Source of the DNA: Eledone cirrhosa
Taxonomy: Eukaryota
Length of the DNA: 64,000 nt
Reading direction: 5' to 3'
Assembly: GCA_964016885.1 (NCBI GenBank)
Contig: OZ024759.1
Span: 27,342,001-27,406,000 of the forward strand
The position numbers and the translations under genes are program-made. This document shows, in pieces, positions 59,906 through 64,000 of the stretch (positions are counted from its first letter, which is position 1; each line of letters begins with the position of its first letter). The notes beneath the pieces are model-generated. The model did not search any database and was not told the origin of the DNA. It saw only the letters and a program-made list of their open reading frames with translations.

Positions 59906-60419
59906 TCTGAAGTTCAATAAGAATATTGGAAATGCAGCTTTGCCTCAAGTGTTTGGGTAGGGGCACAATTTTACTGCTTGCTATAGGTGCTATTTCCCTA
60001 GTTAGGCCTCTGTTTGCTTGTCATATAAATCTGCATATGTATCAAAACAAAAAATTACAAAACTAGTAACAAATGGTTTTGTACATTTATACTGAGAAAT
60101 GATTGCACACCTTTTTCTTGTAGTTATATATACCTGAGGTCAGCCTTAATTAAACAGGTAAAAAAATGTTCCAGCTTTAGCCAACCAATCTGATTTGACT
60201 ACAACTACATTTAGCAATGTGTCCTTCACATATATTTTGTTCAAGATGGTAGAGTGTGGTTTGAGAGAGCGAGAGAGATCTGGCTGCTATTTCTAACAGG
60301 TCAAGCAACTTACAGAGAAGCTTACACATTGGTTTGTTATATAGCAACCAGTTTTATCTAAACAAAACTGTACATTTTCTTGGTACTTAGATGGTTGTAT
60401 GAGAGAGTTGGTCAGTTTA

Positions 60420-61930
60420 GTTACCACACAGACACACAGAGTTACACATCGCAGACACAAACAGTCACAGATACACAGACAGTCATACATACATATACAC
60501 AGACAGTGACACAGACACACACAGTCAAATGTACACAGACAGTCACACATACACAGTTATAGACAGTCACACATACATAGACACAGGTAGTCACATATAC
60601 ACATACACAGAAACAAAACAGCACATGTCTCAGGACCTGCTTGTATGAGAAGTTAAAGGTCAGTCAGCTTAGTTACCACATATGGACACAGACAGACACA
60701 AACACAAATTCAGACACGGACACAAATACATAGACAGACACAAACACAGATACAGACACAAACAAACACAAATACACACACAGACACAAACACAGACACA
60801 AATACACACACAAACACAAACACAAATACACACACAGACACAAGCACACACACAAACAAACACAGACACAAACACAAATACACAGATAGACAGACACAAA
60901 CAGACAAACAGAAATTTATAAATACACACACAGAACAAACACAGATACACACATAGACACAAACACAAATACAAGCACAGACACAAACACAAAGCAAAAA
61001 CAAAAAAAAATAAACCCAAAAAATAAAATAAGGGTCCTTAAATTACAAAAAGTGATTCATTACCAAAAAAAAAAGTGTTTATGATAAGAACCCATGTTTG
61101 TTTTGTTTTTTTTATTTTATTTTTGTTTTATTTTCTTCAGAATGTTAAACAATAAATGTTCCCCTATTTGCAGAAAACAAAGCAGTTAAGATGAAAGTAT
61201 ATATTTTTTGTTACACCAGAAGTAAAAATAATCCCTTCCAACTCCATAGGAATCAAATTCTTTATTGCCTGGTTCGGCATGGCTAATCTTGGAATAACAC
61301 TGACAATGTTTCGCTGATTACTGAGCAAATATCTTTTATAGAAATATGTCATTTATATAGACATTTTCAAATATTGTTTCCAAATATACACTAATAGTAT
61401 GTATTATACACACACAGATGCACACATATATACAAAATATATATAATAATATCATATATAATACAGACACAGACATATATACTAATATTATGTATTATAT
61501 ACACAGACGCACACATATATATTCAATATATATAATAATATCATATATAATACACACACGTCTACACAATATATATACTATTTTTATGTATTGTATATAG
61601 ACAGACACACACACATGTATACACAATATATATACTAATATTATGTATTATATATACAGACACACACATACACAATATATACACTATTATATATTATATA
61701 CACACACATGTATATACAATATATATATATACATACATGTATATACACAATATAGACAACATATGCATTATACAAACACATATATACACACACATATGTA
61801 TACAATACATACACATGTATACATACCATACACATACACATATTATATATATACACAATATCATATATACACACACACAAATGTATACATACACTCAAAT
61901 ACATATATATATATATATATATAGACAACA
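60420..61930. repeat. CA- and TA-rich degenerate microsatellites
   Basis: Visible; explains the many spurious ORFs here. Confidence 0.9.
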
Positions 61931-62126
61931 TATTATACATCAGTTTCCATGCCTGTTACTTTTGTTTCAAATTAATTTATATATGACATACCAATTACTG
62001 TTTGAAGAAAAAAAAAAGTTTGGTTTCGAAATTTTTCAATTGTAAATAAACAAAATTGACAAAAATAAACAGTACTTGAGAGAAAAAGTCAATAATAGTT
62101 AACTGGCCTATTTTATAGTAGTAGTA

Positions 62127-62165
<39 letters not shown>

Positions 62166-63892
62166 GTTACTGATTTAGGCACAAGGCCAGTAAATTTGGG
62201 GGGAAGGGAAAATCGATTAAATCGACCCCTAGTGTGTTACTGCTATTTTATTTTATCGACCCCATAAGGATGAAAGGCAAAGCTAACCTCGGCGTAAAGG
62301 GCCGTAACTCTCTGCTACAAAGCATGTTGTCCAGCACTTAACCGATACTGCCAATCTATAATAATAATAATCTCTGATTTGAGCACAAGGCCAACATTTT
62401 TAGAGGGAAGGAAGATGGCAATCAATTAAATCAACCCCAGTGCATTACTGCTACTTTATTTTATTGAACCCCTGTAAGGAGGAAAGGTAAAGCTACAATA
62501 ATAATAATAAATGTCTTTTGACTGGGCTCAAATAGGATTAAAAGCAGGATCGAACCATGAAAAGCAGAGTTGACCCTTGAAAAGCAGAATTGACCCACGA
62601 AATGCAGGGTTGACCTAAGCAAAATTTGAACTAAAAATACAGAAAGTTCACAAATACTCTAAGGTATTTCCTCTGGCAACTCACTGGCATTTCTTTGTCC
62701 AGACATGCATCACCCCTTCTCTTGTCTACATACATCACACACATATCACGTACCTCTCTTCTCTACACATACATCACCTCACTCTCCTCTTCACACACAC
62801 AGACACATACATTACATCCCTCTCCTCTCTTCTGTCTCTCTCTCACACACACACAAGCAAAAATACACTACACACAAACACACACTCACACAAGCAAACA
62901 TACACGCAAACAAACACACACACACACAAACTCAATACAACTACTAATAACTTTGTGGAAAATGTTGTTGGAATGTAATTTTTTTTTTAATTCCCTCTTA
63001 AGGACGCTTTTAAGGTCCAGTTAAGCAGTTGTCCAGATTTGGGGACATATTAAAAGATTAAACATTAACAAATAATTTACTAATTCATTTCCTAACATAT
63101 TTTTGTTGTGGTTGTTGTTGTTGTTGGCATTATCATTATCAAGAATGGCCCGTGTGAATGGGCCTACCCTGAACGTGTGCCTATAGTATTGAAGGACAAC
63201 TGGGTGAAGGCTCTTGCCCTTGTGGTCAGGGTGACCATGGCTTTTGTGGGCTTTCTCCATGAGTAACCCTTGGAGTTTCCTCACCTTTGGGGAATTTGTC
63301 ATATTTGTTTTGTCTTTTTTTAAATGTTTATTTTCTTCATCTCCCTTATAAATTCTATTCTACACAAAAAAACCCACTCTGTACCATCCTGTACCGTCTT
63401 TAATGTCTCCTTAATGTGAGCCCTGTGTGGCTAATAAAGAAACCATTATCATCATTATTATTATCGTTATTAATATTATCATTATCATTATATGATAGTT
63501 TTTGTAAACAAGGGGCTTCCATAATAAAGTTTATAAACAAACAAAAACAAAAACAAAACTTTAGAAATATTTACAAGTCCTTATTAGGGACCTAGTGTGG
63601 CATGTAATTGAGTGTAGGGGGTTTAGGGGTTGACTTATTATAGACCTAGTGTGGGAGTTAGGGGATGAGTTATTAGAGACCTAGTGTGGGGGTTAGGGGA
63701 TAAGTTATTGACTAATGTAGGAGGTTAGGGGATAAGTTATAAACTAGTGTAGGGGGTTAGGGGTGAATTATTATAGACCTAGTTTAGGGGGTGAAGGGAT
63801 GAGTTAGAAAAACAAAAGGAAAGATTAGGGCAAAGAATCATTATAAGGTAGAAAAAAGAGGGAAATTTGTTGGTTTGATTTTTTTTTTTCTG

Positions 63893-64000
63893 TTAGTGTA
63901 CAGGTGTTGTAATCAGCGGCATTGTAGCTTCATCCAGGTGAGAATTCAGAGGATTTGTCATGATTGGAACCAAAAGATCATCCATATTTGGTAGAACAAG
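63893..64000 (-). CDS. Possible 3' end of an unidentified CDS running off the window edge
   Basis: Open frame ...LVLPNMDDLLVPIMTNPLNSHLDEATMPLITTPVH* in non-repetitive sequence; no motif recognised. Confidence 0.3.
   Translation of the reverse strand, partial: LVLPNMDDLLVPIMTNPLNSHLDEATMPLITTPVH

Noticed and set aside
60293-62045. Numerous Cys/Val/Tyr/Ile/His-rich ORFs
   Set aside because: Dinucleotide microsatellite translations

Overview
AT-rich, repeat-dense eukaryotic (metazoan) genomic DNA. The SINE/LINE/microsatellite repertoire suggests an octopod cephalopod; this is inference and was not checked against a database. Two protein-coding genes are well supported. (1) An intronless 26S proteasome subunit PSMD8/RPN12 on + (13424-14227). 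(2) A complete 22-exon IRE1/ERN1 on - (54515 to 21773), which I assembled by hand: all introns are GT-AG with compatible phases, 2733 nt, 910 aa, with signal peptide, luminal domain, TM, kinase and KEN RNase. The rest is a decayed Helitron, RTE/CR1/Tx1-like LINE fragments, many tRNA-derived SINEs, piggyBac- and hAT-type MITEs, minisatellites and foldback hairpins. The most interesting observations are: about five hammerhead-ribozyme-like motifs (Penelope/retrozyme type), some inside TIR-bounded non-autonomous elements and three sense within IRE1 introns; a foldback element with four tRNA-like Pol III cassettes (0.5-2.7 kb); a tandem array of duplicated 3' splice sites before IRE1 exon 19; an inverted near-identical repeat pair bracketing IRE1 exons 3-21 (circRNA geometry); and unusual IRE1 kinase substitutions, one restorable by A-to-I editing. 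All alignments and foldings were done by eye.
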